NCBI GenBank assembly: GCA_028534125.1
Contig: CM052823.1
Coordinates: 70,308,001-70,372,000, forward strand
From: Lama glama
Taxonomy: Eukaryota
Direction of reading: 5' to 3'
Length of the DNA stretch: 64,000 nt
The notes under the pieces are model-generated. The model saw only the letters and a list, made by a program, of their open reading frames with translations, made no database searches and was not told the origin of the DNA. A program made the position numbers and the translations under genes. The stretch's first letter is position 1. Each line of letters starts with the position of its first letter. This document shows positions 60,720 through 64,000 of the stretch, one piece after another.

Positions 60720-62783
60720 TTACTGTCTAGCACTTAAGGAAGAAAGGTCTAATGTCACTGTATGGGGGTTGAAGTAGGTGCCGAAGGAAAAGCAATTCCC
60801 ACCACCTCCAAGGAGCAGGAGCTGGTGCTCTTCAGGAAGGAGGATGCTGGTATGGTTGTGCAACATTAATGGCCATGGCACACACATTGTGTCAATCTGA
60901 TACTCAAAGCTCAATCCTGCAGACAAATCGATAACAGTCACTCCAGGAACTGAGGAGGAATGAATCCAGACCCCTCCGACCAACAGAAGCTTCCCATTGA
61001 CCACATGAGCTGTGTGGGAGTACCTTGGGGTAATGGGAGGCTGGATAACTATTGATTCCCAGAGGAATCCACAAGAGACTGGTTTCAGAAAGAGCACAGA
61101 GCTCAGCGGCTCCTCAGAAGCACCCAGACCTCCAGCAATGAGGGCCCCCCCTTGCCAGCTGCAGGCACTGTGGGAATGCCGACCTTCAGGTACTTCTCCC
61201 TCCACTGGGATCCTGACCCACGCCATTGTCCCCACATGGAGGAAATGCCAGTCACCCAGGACAGGTTCTGCCACACTGCGACCCCCATACACAAACAAAT
61301 ACTTCTGATTCTCATAAGACACTTCTGTTGTGGAATGGCGCCAACATGACAAAGTGGAATCTTCTTCTGGACCCGCCTTTGTTATTGCTACATTTAGGTC
61401 CTCAGTGTTATTATTCTCGTTACTCTTAGAAAAACGAAGTTGGAGAATCCCCAAGGCTGGAGTTACTGGGGACAGTCTCCCTCCCAGAACCAGAACCTGA
61501 GTATCTGAAAGTCTTGTCATGGTGTGATAAAGGCGTCCATCCCACTGAGCTCCAGTCCCCCAGCTGCATATCTGGCTACCTTTCCATTCAAAGTCACAGT
61601 ATCTTGAGAACACGTGAAACTTGCTCACTCGGCAATGCCGTCCCTCCTGCTCTCCAAACCCTCCTGCACTGAGAATAATACCTGGGCTCAAAAGGACAGA
61701 AGCATGGCCATATCGTTTCAGGTCTGGCCCCTGTCTGTCACTGGTCACTACACTGGCTGGGAAGACTCCTAAAGGGGAAGCAGGATCTATCCGAGGAAAG
61801 GCCTCTGATGGTGGAAACACCAGAGTTTGGGAGACAGCGTCTCCTCGAGAAGCGGCCAGAATGAAATAGTGGGCGCACTTCAGGTGCCACTCCTCAAATT
61901 CGTCAAAAGGTTCAAGGTTTTCCATGCGCCGGCGTTCTTCTGCGGGGAGAAAGCAGCGATAGAATTCATTCATGTCCATGGCACTGCAGGCAGTCCAGCC
62001 GGCCTGAAGGAATCGCTGCTGCTGGGCCTCCACGTCAGGAAAGTGGTCCAGGCCATGCAGGGGAGAATTCAGCTGCCGAAAATGTTGCTGCATGAACTGG
62101 CCAAAGGCGTCATGCGGCCTCATCTGCTCATAGATGACGAAAATGGCACTGGAGAAACGCTGGGCAGCCCAGGCGATAAGGGCCGCGGCATTAGCCGGCT
62201 CCAGATAGGTCAGTACGGCCTCAGCCAGGAGCAGAGTCGGTGCGGCCGCGTCAAGGCCCGCGGCGGCCAGGGCCTGGTCCAACCGCTGGAGCTGCCGCAG
62301 GTCCAGGCCTAGGATCCGGTAGTCCGAGCTCTCAAAGCACAGCGTGGACGTGGGGTCCCAGCTCTGGAAAGGCCCGGTTAACGCCAACAGTTCTGGCGTA
62401 TCTCGAATCCTCTCCGCTTTGCGCCGCGCCACGTCCGGAAAATCTACCTCCCAGACGGCAGCAACGGCCAGGTGGCCAGCAGTTTTGAGGCGAAAATACA
62501 GTGAGTCGGAGCCGGCGCCCAGAGACAGGATCTGGGCACGAGGCGCTCCGGGGAACGCGCACGCCCCCTCCAGGAAGGCGCGCACGCAGTGCCGCACGGC
62601 GCGTGCGCGGACGTAGTAGCCGCGGTGGATGAGAGGCGTGCGGCGCGCGGCCCCCGGAACTAGCAAGGCGGCAAAGGCGTCTTGCACGTACCCGCGCGCG
62701 GCCAGGGAGCTCTTGCTGAGGGCGCTGCTGTCGTTGGTGCTCTGCACTGCCGCCGCCCGACGCTCGCGGCTCCGCGGGCCCAT
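60720..62783 (-). CDS. LCMT2: Leucine carboxyl methyltransferase 2 / tRNA wybutosine-synthesizing protein 4 (intronless, 687 aa)
   Basis: Starts [24 protein letters not shown] in a gccATGG context. SAM-binding SLGAGSD motif, FDEFEEW, Kelch repeats (RYGHAS, GRLYHT, RHSHSA, RYSHTA), C-terminal [10 protein letters not shown]. Confidence 0.97.
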   Translation of the reverse strand: MGPRSRERRAAAVQSTNDSSALSKSSLAARGYVQDAFAALLVPGAARRTPLIHRGYYVRARAVRHCVRAFLEGACAFPGAPRAQILSLGAGSDSLYFRLKTAGHLAVAAVWEVDFPDVARRKAERIRDTPELLALTGPFQSWDPTSTLCFESSDYRILGLDLRQLQRLDQALAAAGLDAAAPTLLLAEAVLTYLEPANAAALIAWAAQRFSSAIFVIYEQMRPHDAFGQFMQQHFRQLNSPLHGLDHFPDVEAQQQRFLQAGWTACSAMDMNEFYRCFLPAEERRRMENLEPFDEFEEWHLKCAHYFILAASRGDAVSQTLVFPPSEAFPRIDPASPLGVFPASVVTSDRQGPDLKRYGHASVLLSPGIILSAGGFGEQEGRHCRVSKFHVFSRYCDFEWKGSQICSWGTGAQWDGRLYHTMTRLSDTQVLVLGGRLSPVTPALGILQLRFSKSNENNNTEDLNVAITKAGPEEDSTLSCWRHSTTEVSYENQKYLFVYGGRSVAEPVLGDWHFLHVGTMAWVRIPVEGEVPEGRHSHSACSWQGGALIAGGLGASEEPLSSVLFLKPVSCGFLWESIVIQPPITPRYSHTAHVVNGKLLLVGGVWIHSSSVPGVTVIDLSAGLSFEYQIDTMCVPWPLMLHNHTSILLPEEHQLLLLGGGGNCFSFGTYFNPHTVTLDLSSLSARQ

Positions 62784-63080
62784 GGCCAGGAGAGTCAGGA
62801 GCGGCAGTCTGGCACCGTGGTGAGCCGCTCTTTCGTTCTTGAGTATCCACCTCGCAGACTTCAGTACGGAAAAATCACCCCCTCCTCGTGACTCTTCCCC
62901 CTCTGACAGATGTGCGTCACTTCCGGAAAGAGTGCACCTCCCCAATCAGAACTGAGGAGGGTGTGGCTTGTGCTGACATTCGGCTGTGATTGACATTTCT
63001 CTGAGTGCGTTTTCTCAGGAAGACGGCCAGCTGCGGCTTATTGTGGACACGTGGGCTGTGTCAGGGAAGCGCGGGTTGTC
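62100..63080. promoter_or_regulatory. CpG island / bidirectional LCMT2-ADAL promoter with ETS-CRE composite motif
   Basis: CpG-dense stretch; TGCGTCACTTCCGG at 62913-62926. LCMT2 and ADAL are head-to-head in human and mouse. Confidence 0.75.
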
Positions 63081-63164
63081 GCTTTTCTACAAGCCTTCCT
63101 GTCTGAAGTGAAAATTTATCTAAGTTCTCATAGTTGACTCAACTGTTGATAAATTCCTTAAGAG
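62950..63164 (+). other. ADAL: Probable non-coding first exon of ADAL (MAPDA)
   Basis: Synteny plus a strong donor GAG|gtgagt at 63165 just past the CpG island. No coding sequence in the window; start approximate. Confidence 0.5.
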
Positions 63165-64000
63165 GTGAGTCTGTGGGAACTGACAACCAGACCTTGGAAG
63201 GCAGAATCCGTACTGAGTGCCTGGGAGGGGCAAAGCAGGTTAGAACCACTGACTTTGGAGGGCAAGGAAAAGAGGTCGTTCTACGATCACTTAATAAGAG
63301 ATCCATTTAAGTGTGAAAACAAGTCAGTGAGGCCAGGTGCAAAATGAAGAAACCTTTACCAAAGTTGTGATTCACCCGATAAATTATACTTTTGATTATC
63401 GTATTCCCAGCTCTGTGCTAAGCTGACAGTAAGTAAACCACTCAGCCTCTTAGCTATAAAATGATATTCCTCTCCACTTTCAGAGTTCTGTCTTCTAGGA
63501 TGGTGTTGAATATGTCTGCGGAAGAGGGGATCACGGAGAAGAGGTGATTTTTCCCTCCGATATGGTTTGAGTATTGCTGGGGGGTTAAAATAACCACTGA
63601 ATTTCTAATTTGGGTGTTTGGGTGTCATCACCAGTAGGAAATCGCTTGAAAAGATATTTAGGAAATTTATAACTTATTAATTGGGATTTGGTGACTGACT
63701 GTGGGGGCTGAGATGGAGAAGAAAATCAGGATGACTGTAAGTATGGCTACACTGGGGTAGTAACTCATAATGGCTAAGAGCGATTTTTGGACTCCAGCCA
63801 GTTTGGATTTGGATGCTGGAACTGCGTCATTTAGGTCTGGTGTTCTGTGCAGCATTAAGGGCAGAATCCATGTTTCAGTGAATGGGAGATGAGTAAATGG
63901 AGGCCGTCCTCGGAATTTAGCCCAGAAGAGGCAGGGCAGTAAAGAGGAATATTGGATAAAAGAATGTTTGTCTTTTGTTTTGTTTTGTTTTTTAAAGGTG

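Noticed and set aside
60720-62945. 741-aa LCMT2 starting at TTG 62945
   Set aside because: Artefact of allowing alternative start codons; the known N-terminus and strong Kozak ATG are at 62783.

Overview
This is mammalian genomic DNA, most likely a camelid (three tRNA-Ala-derived SINEs of the camelid Vic-1 type). It is syntenic with human 15q15. The minus strand carries TGM5 exons 1-6 (the window starts at the last base of exon 6), a complete intact 13-exon TGM7 (2133 nt, 710 aa, Cys/His/Asp triad present) and intronless LCMT2 (687 aa). LCMT2 shares a CpG-island promoter with the probable first non-coding exon of ADAL on the plus strand. The rest is L1, L2, L3, MIR, DNA-transposon and solo-LTR debris plus five N gaps. 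Main hidden finding: the repeat-free islands between about 31.9 and 57.9 kb on the PLUS strand form a colinear chain of about 20 exon remnants. Most have AG/GT ends and many carry nonsense codons or frameshifts. Their translations follow, from N- to C-terminus, human DNAAF9 (C20orf194/Shulin) as I recall its sequence. This looks like a decayed, remote DNAAF9 paralogue (unitary-type pseudogene) lying antisense over TGM7 intron 1 and exon 1 and ending tail-to-tail with LCMT2. The homology was judged by eye from memory and needs tBLASTn/HMM confirmation.
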